64,000 nucleotides of DNA from an uncultured Bacilli bacterium. Its GTDB lineage: Bacteria; Bacillota_I; Bacilli_A; RF39; UBA660. Position numbers and translations under genes: made by a program. Position 1 is the first letter of the stretch, and each line of letters begins with the position of its first letter. Of the stretch, positions 44,831-54,369 are shown piece after piece. The stretch is from the NCBI GenBank assembly GCA_944359725.1, contig CALVSY010000004.1, forward strand, positions 1,309 to 65,308. The letters are read 5' to 3'. Under the pieces are notes generated by a model. It was not told the origin of the DNA. It made no database searches and saw nothing but the letters and a program-made list of their open reading frames with translations.

Positions 44831-46174
44831 ATGGCCGTAAGACAAATGCCTCAATCACTTGATGCTGAAAAAGCTGTGTTAGGTGCTGCCTTTTTATCCA
44901 AAACAGCTTTACAAAAAATATGTGATGAGTTGTCTGTTGAATCGTTTTATAATGAAGCTAACGCTAAGATATTTAGTGTTTTACAAGATTTAAATGATTC
45001 ATCGTCACCAATAGATATTACCATCGTAACCAATAAATTAAATGATAAAAAAATATTATCACAAGTTGGTAACGTTGAGTATTTATCTGAGATAATAGAT
45101 TCTGTACCATCTTCTTCAAACGTTGATTATTATATTAACATCGTAAAAGAAAAGATGGTTGGAAGAAAGATAATAGAAACTGCGGAAGAAATTGCAAATG
45201 ATGCCTTTTTACAAGAAGATTCTATATATGATGTTTTAGATAGTGCAGAGATGAAGATGCTTAGAATTGGTAACATGAGAAAAACAACCGAGTTTAAGCG
45301 TATTCAAGACGTTGCTTACAAAGAACAAGAAAACTTAGAAAAATTAGCGGAGCAAGGATCTGAGATAACGGGACTTGCAACAGGATTTTTTGATTTTGAT
45401 AAATTAACAGCAGGTCTTCAGCCAAATCAATTTATAATTATTGCGGCTCGTCCAGCGATGGGAAAAACGGCTTTTATGCTTAATTTAGCTGTTAATGCTG
45501 CAATGAATAGTAATAAGGCGGTTGCGGTATTTAACTTAGAGATGAGTGCCGAACAATTAGCGAACCGGGTCTTACAGTCATTAGGTGGAATAAATGGTTC
45601 AAAAATGCGTACCGGAAGACTTGAGCATAATGATTGGAAAAGATTAAATGAAGCGATTAGCAAGTTATCAAACGTTGATTTATACATAGATGATACACCA
45701 GGTATTACGATTGGTGAAATAAGAAGTAAATGTAGAAGACTTTCTAATTCTGATAAAGGGTTAGGCTTAGTTGTAATTGACTATTTACAACTTATAACCG
45801 GATCTGCTAAGTTTGCTGGTAACAGACAGCAAGAAGTATCTGATATTTCGCGTAGTTTAAAAATGATGGCATTAGAGCTTGGTGTACCAGTTATTGCGGC
45901 TGCCCAGTTATCTCGTGCGGTTGAGTCTCGTGAGGATAAAAGGCCTATAATGAGTGACTTAAGAGAATCTGGATCAATTGAGCAAGATGCTGATATAGTA
46001 TCATTTTTATACCGAGATGATTATTATAATAAAGAGGCAAGACGCGATGATAATGCTAGTATAACCGAGTTTATAATAGGAAAAAACAGATCTGGTCCAA
46101 CGGCGACGATAGAGCTTTTATTTAAGAAAGATACGTCTACGTTTGTAAATTTTCAAAGAGAAAGCGGTGAATAA
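44831..46174 (+). CDS. dnaB: Replicative DNA helicase (DnaB family; DnaC in Bacillus nomenclature)
   Basis: Motifs PQSLDAEKAVLGA, Walker A ARPAMGKTAF, VIDYLQLI and SRAVESREDKRP. Confidence 0.96.
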   Translation: MAVRQMPQSLDAEKAVLGAAFLSKTALQKICDELSVESFYNEANAKIFSVLQDLNDSSSPIDITIVTNKLNDKKILSQVGNVEYLSEIIDSVPSSSNVDYYINIVKEKMVGRKIIETAEEIANDAFLQEDSIYDVLDSAEMKMLRIGNMRKTTEFKRIQDVAYKEQENLEKLAEQGSEITGLATGFFDFDKLTAGLQPNQFIIIAARPAMGKTAFMLNLAVNAAMNSNKAVAVFNLEMSAEQLANRVLQSLGGINGSKMRTGRLEHNDWKRLNEAISKLSNVDLYIDDTPGITIGEIRSKCRRLSNSDKGLGLVVIDYLQLITGSAKFAGNRQQEVSDISRSLKMMALELGVPVIAAAQLSRAVESREDKRPIMSDLRESGSIEQDADIVSFLYRDDYYNKEARRDDNASITEFIIGKNRSGPTATIELLFKKDTSTFVNFQRESGE

Positions 46175-46179
46175 ATATT

Positions 46180-47652
46180 ATGAAAGTAATAAAGACGGGG
46201 TTAACATATATTGTTTCAATTGCTCTTGCGGCAGCTATAGTTATGTTTGTTAATTTTGCAAATAAGTATCAACTTAATCCAAAGGAAGTATATAAAGTTT
46301 ACTTAGATGGAAAAGAAATCGGTAACATAACTGATAAAGATGAGTTAGAAGATTACATAAACGAAGAACAAACCGAGTTAAAAGAGGAATATGACGTTGA
46401 TAAGGTTTATATTCCAGAAGGTGTTGATATACAAAAATGTACGACTTACGAAAGTGAAGTTTTAACAGCTAAACAGGTTAATAACATAATAAAAGAAGAA
46501 AAACCTTTTACGGTTGAAGGGTATACCATTACCATAAAGTCTAATTCTGATGATGAGGAAGATTTGGTAATAAACGTTTTAGATAAAGACATTTTCGACA
46601 AATCCATTAAATCGGTTGTAAAAGCATTTGTAACTGAGGAAGATATGGATAATTATGCAAATGATACGCAGCCAGAAATAAAAGATACTGGAACTATTAT
46701 AGAAGATATTTACATTGATCAAGATATAACGATAAAACATGGTTATATTTCAACTGATGAACAGATATTTACTGATGAAAAAACACTTACTAAGTATTTA
46801 ATGTTTGGTGAGGTAAAAGAAGATCAGTATTACACGGTTCAAGAAGGAGATACAATTGATTCAATAGCATATGATCATAAACTTGCAACCGAAGAGTTTT
46901 TAATTGTTAATCCTGAGTTTACTTCTGCTAATAACATATTATCAGTAGGACAACAAGTAAAGGTTGGATTAATTAATCCGATTGTTGATGTAGTAGTTGA
47001 AACACATAACGTAATTGATCAAGAAAGCAAGTTTGAAACGCAAGAACAAGAAGATCCAGACATGATGTATGGAACTGAGGAAGTAATACAAGAAGGACAA
47101 AATGGTGTTGACAGATTAACAACTAAGATACAAAGTGTTAATGGTGAAACTTCAAACGTTGTAATAGTAAGTTCTGAGACAATTGTTCCATCAGTACCTA
47201 AAATAGTTAAGGTAGGAACTAAGACGGCCGGAGGCAGTGTGGCACCAATTATGTCAGGTTCATGGGCATGGCCAACAATATCTCAATATTATATTTCAAG
47301 TTACTTTGGTTATCGTTGGGGTAAAGTTCACGAGGCTATTGATATTGCAGGTAGCGGTGAAGGATCTCCAATATACGCAGCGGGTTCTGGTACCGTTGTA
47401 ACGGCAAGAACTAATTCAGGAAGTTTAGGTACTTATGTTACGATTAATCACGGTAATGGATACTATACTTTATATGGACATATGCATTCAAGATTAGTTT
47501 CAGAAGGTGATACGGTTCAAAAAGGACAACAAATAGGTACCATGGGTCACACCGGATTTGCAACTGGTACACACTTACACTTTGGACTTTATTACGGAGG
47601 CTTACCATACAGAGATGGTACTCCAATGGATCCTTTATCACTATATAAATAA
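46180..47652 (+). CDS. Membrane-anchored LysM + G5 + M23 peptidase
   Basis: N-terminal TM, LysM (YYTVQEGDTIDSIAYDHKL), a G5-like domain (TEEVIQEGQNGVDRLTTKIQSVNGE) and an intact LytM domain (HEAIDIAG...GTHLHFGL). Confidence 0.85.
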   Translation: MKVIKTGLTYIVSIALAAAIVMFVNFANKYQLNPKEVYKVYLDGKEIGNITDKDELEDYINEEQTELKEEYDVDKVYIPEGVDIQKCTTYESEVLTAKQVNNIIKEEKPFTVEGYTITIKSNSDDEEDLVINVLDKDIFDKSIKSVVKAFVTEEDMDNYANDTQPEIKDTGTIIEDIYIDQDITIKHGYISTDEQIFTDEKTLTKYLMFGEVKEDQYYTVQEGDTIDSIAYDHKLATEEFLIVNPEFTSANNILSVGQQVKVGLINPIVDVVVETHNVIDQESKFETQEQEDPDMMYGTEEVIQEGQNGVDRLTTKIQSVNGETSNVVIVSSETIVPSVPKIVKVGTKTAGGSVAPIMSGSWAWPTISQYYISSYFGYRWGKVHEAIDIAGSGEGSPIYAAGSGTVVTARTNSGSLGTYVTINHGNGYYTLYGHMHSRLVSEGDTVQKGQQIGTMGHTGFATGTHLHFGLYYGGLPYRDGTPMDPLSLYK

Positions 47653-48419
47653 TGAGAATATCAGTTTTATCAAGTGGTAGTAAAGGTAATAGTGTATTAG
47701 TATGTGAAAATAACACCAAGATCTTAATTGATCTTGGTGTTACCAAATCATATGCAGAAGAAAAATTAAAGGAATTAGATGTGGATCCAAGAGAAATTAA
47801 AGCTATACTAATAACACATACCCACGCGGATCACGTGCAAGGATTAAAAGTATTCTTAAAAAAATATCATCCAAAATTATACGTAAATAAGGTTATTTTA
47901 AGCTTGTTAAAAGAGTATGTTGATGATTTTGATTATGAGTTATATGAAACAAGTAATTTTAAAATTGATGATTTAAATATAAAGGTAATAAAAACATCAC
48001 ATGATGCTAAAGGCTCGGTCGGATTTATAATTTCATCTAATGATAAATCGGTTGTTTACGTAACCGATACTGGATATATAAATAATAAGTATTTTGATGC
48101 ATTAAAAAATCATGACTTATACATAATGGAAAGTAATCATGATATAAAAATGCTTATGGAAGGTAAGTATCCTTATTATTTAAAACAAAGAATATTAAGT
48201 GATAAAGGGCATTTATCTAACAATGATGCTTCTTATTATTTATCAGAGTTTATTGGTGATAATACAAAAACGATTATTTTAGCACACTTATCTGATGATA
48301 ATAACACTTATGATCTTGCTTTTAATACATTAAAAAAGGTACTAAAAGATACTAATAAAAACGTTGAAAAGATTTTAATTGCAAAACAAAAACAAAGAAC
48401 GGACTGGATAGAAGTATGA
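47652..48419 (+). CDS. MBL-fold metallo-hydrolase (YycJ/WalJ-like)
   Basis: MRISVLSSGSKGNS...ITHTHADHVQG; 255 aa. It lies upstream of rlmH, as yycJ does in Bacillus. Confidence 0.85.
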   Translation: MRISVLSSGSKGNSVLVCENNTKILIDLGVTKSYAEEKLKELDVDPREIKAILITHTHADHVQGLKVFLKKYHPKLYVNKVILSLLKEYVDDFDYELYETSNFKIDDLNIKVIKTSHDAKGSVGFIISSNDKSVVYVTDTGYINNKYFDALKNHDLYIMESNHDIKMLMEGKYPYYLKQRILSDKGHLSNNDASYYLSEFIGDNTKTIILAHLSDDNNTYDLAFNTLKKVLKDTNKNVEKILIAKQKQRTDWIEV

Positions 48420-48862
48420 TAAAAATAATATGCGTAGGTAAAATAAAAGAACGATATTTTATAGATGCAATAGCAGAGTATAAAAAAAGGTTATCTAAAT
48501 ATACTAAGCTAGAAATCATTGAGTTGCCAGACTATAATTACGATGCTTTAAAAACAATTAATGAAGAAGGTAAAAACATATTATCTAAGATTAGTGATAA
48601 AGATTTTGTTGTAACTTTAGATATAAATGGTAAACAAATGGATTCATTATCCTTATCAAGGTTTATAGATAATAACATTTCAAAGAACATAACTTTTGTA
48701 ATCGGTGGATCATATGGTCTTTCGGATGAAGTTTTAAAAAGATCTAATTATTCTTTATCATTTTCTAATATGACCTTTCCACACCAATTATTTAGGGTAA
48801 TTTTACTTGAACAAGTATATAGATCATTTAAGATAATAAATAACGAAAGCTACCACAAGTAG
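48416..48862 (+). CDS. rlmH: 23S rRNA (pseudouridine1915-N3)-methyltransferase RlmH
   Basis: 148 aa SPOUT protein with FVIGGSYGLSDEV...LSFSNMTFPHQLFRVILLEQVYR. Confidence 0.92.
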   Translation: MIKIICVGKIKERYFIDAIAEYKKRLSKYTKLEIIELPDYNYDALKTINEEGKNILSKISDKDFVVTLDINGKQMDSLSLSRFIDNNISKNITFVIGGSYGLSDEVLKRSNYSLSFSNMTFPHQLFRVILLEQVYRSFKIINNESYHK

Positions 48863-48870
48863 CTTTTTTC
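48846..48870 (+). terminator. Rho-independent terminator after rlmH
   Basis: AAGCTA (48847-48852) pairs with TAGCTT (48860-48865), followed by a T-run. Confidence 0.7.
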
Positions 48871-48922
48871 TTGCAAACATCATTTATTAGTGTTATTATA
48901 TAGGCATTAAGAGGTGATGTTT

Positions 48923-49669
48923 ATGTTAGTTGCAACTTTTAACATGAAGAATTCTTATTCTCCTGCTAATCCTAAAAACTGGATAAGAAGAGCGGATGCT
49001 GCAACCGAATTAATTAGAAAAAGAGGCTTGGATGTAATTGGAACGCAAGAATTAACTCCAAGGACAAAAGATTATTTAGAAAGAAAATTAGAAGATTATT
49101 TTTTTGTCGGAGAATCAAGAGGAAGTGCTAGTATTTCTGATGAATATAATAGTATTTTACTAAAAAAAGAGGCTGTTGAATTACTTGGAGAGGATACATA
49201 TGCTTTATCAAATGATATACATAAAAAGGGTAGTAAGTTTTTGCTTGATTGTTTTCCTAGGATATGTACGGTAGCGCATATTGTATTTGAGGATAATATG
49301 TATTTGGTAATTAATACTCATTTAGATAACTTATTTTCACATAATAGAAAATTACAATTAGAGGTTTTAACCCGTGTAATTAACTTAGAAAAAGAAAAAC
49401 AAGAAGATGTTATAGTAATGGGTGATTTTAACATGCATTTAACTGGAGATTTAAAAAAGTTTGAAAAGCAAAATAAACTAGTGGATGCAGTTCCAAGTAT
49501 TTTAGGAAGTTCTTTTAGAGAATTTGATAGAAAAGAACCTATTGATCACATATTCATACCAGAGGATACTATGAAAGTTGATAACGTATTATATGATACA
49601 AATAAGTATAATGGTATTAACCCAAGTGATCATTATATAGCGATAGCGGAAGTATCAAGAAAAAAATAA
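48923..49669 (+). CDS. Endonuclease/exonuclease/phosphatase (EEP) family protein
   Basis: The motifs ATFNMKN, GTQEL, NTHLD, GDFN and PSDHY form the EEP catalytic set. Confidence 0.8.
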   Translation: MLVATFNMKNSYSPANPKNWIRRADAATELIRKRGLDVIGTQELTPRTKDYLERKLEDYFFVGESRGSASISDEYNSILLKKEAVELLGEDTYALSNDIHKKGSKFLLDCFPRICTVAHIVFEDNMYLVINTHLDNLFSHNRKLQLEVLTRVINLEKEKQEDVIVMGDFNMHLTGDLKKFEKQNKLVDAVPSILGSSFREFDRKEPIDHIFIPEDTMKVDNVLYDTNKYNGINPSDHYIAIAEVSRKK

Positions 49670-49685
49670 ACAAGAGGTGACAGGT

Positions 49686-50336
49686 ATGTTCCATAATGGT
49701 TGGGATTTAATTTTGCATGATGAGATGCAAAAGAGTTATTTTAAGTATATAAAAGATTTCATTAAGGAAGAAAGACTTTCTAAAACGATTTATCCACCTG
49801 CAAAAGATCTTTTTAATGCTTTTAAACTAACCGATTTTAATGATATTAAAGTTGTTATATTAGGACAAGATCCATACCATGGCGAAAAAGAAGCAATGGG
49901 ACTTTCTTTTTCTGTTAGACGTGGTGTTAGGACTCCGCCATCACTTAGAAACATATTTAAAGAATTAAAAGATGATTTGAAAATAGAAAGAGAAGACACT
50001 GATTTATCAGACTGGGCAAGGCAAGGTGTGTTTCTTTTAAATACTGTTTTAACGGTTGAAAAAGATAAAGCTAACTCTCACAAAGATATTGGGTGGGAGA
50101 TTTTTACGGATTTTGTTATTAAACAAATAAATGATAAGTTAAATAACGTTGTGTTTATTTTGTGGGGAAGACAAGCAAGAGATAAAAAAAGATTAATAAC
50201 CAATCCTAGCCATTACATAATAGAATCAGCTCATCCATCACCTTTATCTGCGTATAACGGTTTTTTTGGAAGTAAACCGTTTTCTAAGACAAATGATTAT
50301 TTAATAAAACATAATAAGTCTGCAATTAACTTTTAA
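49686..50336 (+). CDS. ung: Uracil-DNA glycosylase (family 1)
   Basis: Motifs VVILGQDPYHG, GVFLLNTVLTV and AHPSPLSA. Confidence 0.95.
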   Translation: MFHNGWDLILHDEMQKSYFKYIKDFIKEERLSKTIYPPAKDLFNAFKLTDFNDIKVVILGQDPYHGEKEAMGLSFSVRRGVRTPPSLRNIFKELKDDLKIEREDTDLSDWARQGVFLLNTVLTVEKDKANSHKDIGWEIFTDFVIKQINDKLNNVVFILWGRQARDKKRLITNPSHYIIESAHPSPLSAYNGFFGSKPFSKTNDYLIKHNKSAINF

Positions 50337-50472
50337 ACTTAACAAGTTAATTGTCGGGCTTTTAATTTATTTCTTGACCATAAATTAAAATATGTGTTAT
50401 TATATATATGTTAAGGTAAAGGGTCGGTGGCATAGTTAAAAGTTGATGACATAGTTTTTAATACCTTATTAT

Positions 50473-51648
50473 GTGGTAATAAAAAAACGTAAAAGCGGTG
50501 ATATTATGAAAAAGGGGCATATTAAAATATTATCTTTGGAAATTGTTTTTCTACTTTTTCTTATATTAGATATTATATTTTTTAAGATTGCTAATCCGTA
50601 TATACTGGCGCTTATTATATTTCTAGTTTTGGTAGCTACAATATTTTTAATTGGGTTTGAAAAAGCGAATTTTAGGTACCAAAAAGACGTGTTTTTAAAC
50701 ATTATTATTTGTTTACTTGTATATTTTTTCATAACTTATTTTCTAGGCTTGTTTACAGGCTTTTTAAAAAACAGTTATAGTTTAAGGTTTATAAACATAA
50801 TTAGAAATACGGCTCCCGTTTTGATTATTATCATTATAAGTGAATTATTAAGGTATTCTTGGGTAAGTAAATCAAAGGAAAATAAACTTTTTATAGTATT
50901 AGGATATATTGCCTTTGTTTTAATAGACGTATGTTTAATGCTTAATACGTATGATATTACAAATGCTCTTGGTTTAACAAAAATGATATGTTTGGTTGTT
51001 TTTCCTAGTATAACGAAGAATATATTATTAACTTATTTAGCTTATAACTTTGGTTATAAAAACAATATTTTTTACAGAATTATAATGGATTTAAGCACTT
51101 ATGTTGTGCCTATTTTTCCAGATTTTGGTGAATACATAAACGTTATGTTACAAACTGTTTTACCAATTTTCTTGGTTGTGAAAATAAATAACTTATTTAA
51201 TTATTTTGAAACAAGAAAAATAAAGGATTCAAGATATAATAAACGCAAGCTTACCCTTTATTCTGTTATTACCCTTATGCTTTTTGTAATAGTAACATTA
51301 ACAAGTGGTTATTTTAGATATTATGCCTTAACAATTGGTTCTAGTTCAATGTCTCCAAGCATTGATAAAGGTGATATCGTAATTGTTGAAAAATTGAATA
51401 AAGATGAACTACCAGATATAAAAAAAGGTGATATTTTAGTTTATAATCAAGAAAATAGAATAATTGTGCACAGAGTAAACAAAATATTAAAGACTAACGA
51501 TGAAATAGTAATTAGAACTAAAGGTGATAATAATGATTCGGTTGATTCATGGCAAGTTAAAGAAGACCAAATAATAGGTATTGTTAAATTTAAAATAAAA
51601 TATTTTGGAATGCCAACGGTTGCGTTAAATGAATTATTAAATGGATAA
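50473..51648 (+). CDS. Fusion of a polytopic membrane domain (~270 aa) to a SipW/archaeal-type (S26B) signal peptidase I domain
   Basis: The C-terminal ~110 aa read TIGSSSMSPSIDKGDIVIVEK...IIVHRVNK...TKGDNNDSVD, which supplies the Ser, His and GDNN of ER-type SPases. The N-terminal part has about 8 hydrophobic helices. The start could be GTG 50473 or ATG 50506. Confidence 0.7.
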   Translation: MVIKKRKSGDIMKKGHIKILSLEIVFLLFLILDIIFFKIANPYILALIIFLVLVATIFLIGFEKANFRYQKDVFLNIIICLLVYFFITYFLGLFTGFLKNSYSLRFINIIRNTAPVLIIIIISELLRYSWVSKSKENKLFIVLGYIAFVLIDVCLMLNTYDITNALGLTKMICLVVFPSITKNILLTYLAYNFGYKNNIFYRIIMDLSTYVVPIFPDFGEYINVMLQTVLPIFLVVKINNLFNYFETRKIKDSRYNKRKLTLYSVITLMLFVIVTLTSGYFRYYALTIGSSSMSPSIDKGDIVIVEKLNKDELPDIKKGDILVYNQENRIIVHRVNKILKTNDEIVIRTKGDNNDSVDSWQVKEDQIIGIVKFKIKYFGMPTVALNELLNG

Positions 51649-51660
51649 GAAGGTGGAAAT

Positions 51661-53244
51661 ATGAAAAGTAACAATCAGAAAAGAAAAAGAAGAACTTATG
51701 CTCGTCGTAGTTCAAGTAAGAAGGCAGCAAGCACTAAGACTATTAAGGAAAAAAGCGCTATAAAACCAGAAGAAAAGGAATTGAATCAGAAAGAAGATAT
51801 GAAAAAAGAAAATAAAAATGATGAAGGAATTTTGTATTATTCACTTGAAGAAAGTAAAGACAAAGAAAATAATACTTCTTTAAATGAAGAAAAAGAAGAT
51901 GTTTTAGATGATATTAATAATTTAAACACTTCATCTAGTCTAAGCGATTTAAATACTTTTAATCCTTCTTCTTTGGATGATTTAGAAATTGCAAATGATA
52001 ATGTATTATCTAGTAATTTTGGTGATAATAAAACCGATGATATAAAATCTGACGATTTAAAAGAGACTAACGAAAATAATTTATCTTCTAAATTGGATAA
52101 CATATTTACTGGTAATTCTGATGAGTATAAAAAATATGACTTTAGTAATTCATCTAGTGATGATAATAATGACTCAAATAATAATTCTAATAATAAAAGT
52201 AAGTTTTATTTAAGTTATGAAAGAAGATTAGGGTTAAATATCATAGCAATTATTATTTTGATTTTCTTATCAATAACCATGTTTATTTTAAGCATTACTG
52301 TTAGTTCTAGAAGTACCATAGCATATAATGAAAATAATGATTTAAACTATAACATAACGCTTAAGGAAAATGATTATTATAATGATTCTAACTTAAATAA
52401 TAACATGCAGTATATAGCAAGCTTAATAGATGATGTTAATGTTTCATTTAATTATAATTTTAATGCAAGTGAAGCTTTTGATTATACTTATACTTATTAT
52501 ATAAAATCAGAAGTTAGAATAACTGATAATGAAGATACATCAAGAGTAATTTATTCTAAGGTTGATAAATTAACAAGTGAAAGTACCGTAACTAATAAAG
52601 ATTCAAGAAACTTTAACATTAATCAAAGTGTAAGTGTAAATTATTCTGATTATAATGATTTAGCTAAACAGTTTAAGAGTACTTATGGTATAAGCGCTGA
52701 TAGTAATTTAATATTAAGTTTATGCCTTGAAATAAAGGATCAAACAGGAAACGTTATAAGAAGTATTGATACTGATAATACCATGACTCTTACCATACCT
52801 TTAACAGAACAGCTTGTACATGCTACATCTGATTATAAGAAAAATAATAAGATTAGTGATGTTACCGTATATCAAGACTTTAGTATAACTAATAAGTTCT
52901 CGTTTATACTTTCAATAATAATATTATTATCAGCGATTGTATCTATTGTTAATCTGGTTATCTTTGTTAAGAAAACAACTAAGAAGAAAACTATTTATGA
53001 AATAACTTTACAAAAGATCCTAAGAGAGTATGATAGGGTGATCGTAAACTCTAAGAAAGCTATAGACGTAACCGGTGATGTAATTGACGTAAACAGTTTT
53101 AATGAACTATTGGACGTAAGGGATAACATAGAAAAACCAATTATCTTCTACGAATTACACAAGGGACAAAAAAGCGTGTTTATAGTAAGAAGCGATACTG
53201 GTATTTATAGATACATATTAAAACTTTTTGATTTGGAAAAATAA
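51661..53244 (+). CDS. Two-TM protein with a long K/R-rich then S/N/D-rich disordered N-terminus and an extracytoplasmic domain (DUF5305-like?)
   Basis: 527 aa. TM1 is LGLNIIAIIILIFLSITMFILSITV. About 190 aa lie outside the membrane, followed by TM2 FSFILSIIILLSAIVSIVNLVIFV and a C-terminal cytoplasmic domain of about 95 aa. It begins 12 nt after the peptidase gene, with a GAAGGTGGA Shine-Dalgarno. Confidence 0.6.
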   Translation: MKSNNQKRKRRTYARRSSSKKAASTKTIKEKSAIKPEEKELNQKEDMKKENKNDEGILYYSLEESKDKENNTSLNEEKEDVLDDINNLNTSSSLSDLNTFNPSSLDDLEIANDNVLSSNFGDNKTDDIKSDDLKETNENNLSSKLDNIFTGNSDEYKKYDFSNSSSDDNNDSNNNSNNKSKFYLSYERRLGLNIIAIIILIFLSITMFILSITVSSRSTIAYNENNDLNYNITLKENDYYNDSNLNNNMQYIASLIDDVNVSFNYNFNASEAFDYTYTYYIKSEVRITDNEDTSRVIYSKVDKLTSESTVTNKDSRNFNINQSVSVNYSDYNDLAKQFKSTYGISADSNLILSLCLEIKDQTGNVIRSIDTDNTMTLTIPLTEQLVHATSDYKKNNKISDVTVYQDFSITNKFSFILSIIILLSAIVSIVNLVIFVKKTTKKKTIYEITLQKILREYDRVIVNSKKAIDVTGDVIDVNSFNELLDVRDNIEKPIIFYELHKGQKSVFIVRSDTGIYRYILKLFDLEK

Positions 53245-53273
53245 AAAAGGCAAGTTTTTAACTTGTCTTTTTA
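53243..53273. terminator. Bidirectional terminator between convergent genes
   Basis: GGCAAGTT (53249-53256) pairs with AACTTGTC (53260-53267) with one G-U pair, flanked by an A-run and a T-run. Confidence 0.65.
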
Positions 53274-53804
53274 ATATTTAAAATCATTATAATCGTTATC
53301 ACTTGTATTTTTCTTATCAAAAAATGATTTTTCTTTTCTTTTTTTTATGATACTTATAATTGATATTGGAAATTTTTTTATTAACTTGTTATATTTGCCA
53401 GCATAATCATTGTAATAATCTTTATAAGCATTAAGTAAATCTTCTGTTTCGTTTATTAAAAAAGCTGTTTTCTGAAATTCTTCATTTTTACTTAGTTTTT
53501 TATATTTATCTTTTATTAAGTAAAACTCATTTACATACACTAATAATTTTCTATCTAAGACAATCATGTTCATTTTATCGTTATTAATGTCCTTTAAACC
53601 TTGAAATATATCTTTATCTGTATCAACAACTTCTTTTATTATTTTTTCAGCTTCTTTTATTAAATCTTTTCTTTTTATTAAAGTTGAGTTTATTTTTTCT
53701 TCGATTAAGTTTAGTTTAGTTGTTAAAAACATGAATTTATCATGGTATATATTATACATTAAAAGGATAACACATATTATAAAAACAATTATTACTATGA
53801 TCAT
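53271..53804 (-). CDS. LemA-family membrane protein
   Basis: N-terminal TM and helical body. The motif YNDYAGKYNKLIKKFPISIISIIK matches the LemA YN..V..YN..I..FP signature. Confidence 0.6.
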   Translation of the reverse strand: MIIVIIVFIICVILLMYNIYHDKFMFLTTKLNLIEEKINSTLIKRKDLIKEAEKIIKEVVDTDKDIFQGLKDINNDKMNMIVLDRKLLVYVNEFYLIKDKYKKLSKNEEFQKTAFLINETEDLLNAYKDYYNDYAGKYNKLIKKFPISIISIIKKRKEKSFFDKKNTSDNDYNDFKY

Positions 53805-53859
53805 TTTATCTACCTCTATTCTAAAATAGATTATAGCAAAATCGCTTAATATTTACAAG

Positions 53860-54276
53860 TTAGTTTTGTGGGTAATATTCTGGACTATAATTAATTTTTT
53901 CATCGAAATCCACGTAGTTTAAGTAAATCATTAAAAGTAAGTACCATCTTCCGGTTTTTGGATCGCTTACTATTATGTGATCACGACCTGCTGCTTCTAT
54001 TATTCCAGTAAATGTTTTATCTCTCCACTCTACTGAATCTGGAAATGAAAAGTAAAACGTTGCTAATTTTCCTTTGTTTAACCTTAGTATGTTTTCTACG
54101 TATGATTGTTCAAGTGCTAACATGTTATTATTAGCTTGCAAGTTTGCGTTCATGTTGTTACTGTTATTTGCCGTGTTTCCACTAGGACCCACGGCAACAC
54201 CACCCATCGCTCCCATTTGAAGACCATTCGTATTCATGTTTGGGAAAGTAGGATTTGGATAATAATTTGTATTCAT
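53860..54276 (-). CDS. gerQ: Spore coat protein GerQ
   Basis: Q/N-rich N-terminus followed by YVENILRLNKGKLATFYFSF...GIIEAAGRDHIIVSDPKTGRWYLLLMIYLNYVDFDE, very close to the Bacillus GerQ core. Confidence 0.85.
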   Translation of the reverse strand: MNTNYYPNPTFPNMNTNGLQMGAMGGVAVGPSGNTANNSNNMNANLQANNNMLALEQSYVENILRLNKGKLATFYFSFPDSVEWRDKTFTGIIEAAGRDHIIVSDPKTGRWYLLLMIYLNYVDFDEKINYSPEYYPQN

Positions 54277-54316
54277 ATAAAAATCTCCTTTTTTTATAAT
54301 TCATTTAAACATATGA

Positions 54317-54346
54317 TTGAATTTAAATATTTATACATGATATAAT
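54317..54346 (+). promoter_or_regulatory. Candidate sigma-A promoter of pduL
   Basis: TTGAAT (54317-54322), an 18-nt spacer, then TATAAT (54341-54346) with an upstream TGa. Confidence 0.55.
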
Positions 54347-54369
54347 TAAAAGGTAGGGAGATGTTAAAT

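Noticed and set aside
50341-50472. Duplicated CATAGTT motif (GGCATAGTTaaaagttgatgACATAGTT) and a locally GC-richer patch upstream of the peptidase fusion gene, considered as a small RNA or tRNA fragment.
   Set aside because: It is too short, has no cloverleaf or stable stem-loop, and has no flanking terminator. It is most likely just promoter or leader sequence.
54277-54360. Possible sigma-E or sigma-K type -10 (CATATGTT on the minus strand) upstream of gerQ.
   Set aside because: It is a partial match only, and the -35 element could not be identified. Mother-cell promoter consensus sequences are too degenerate to call by eye in AT-rich DNA.
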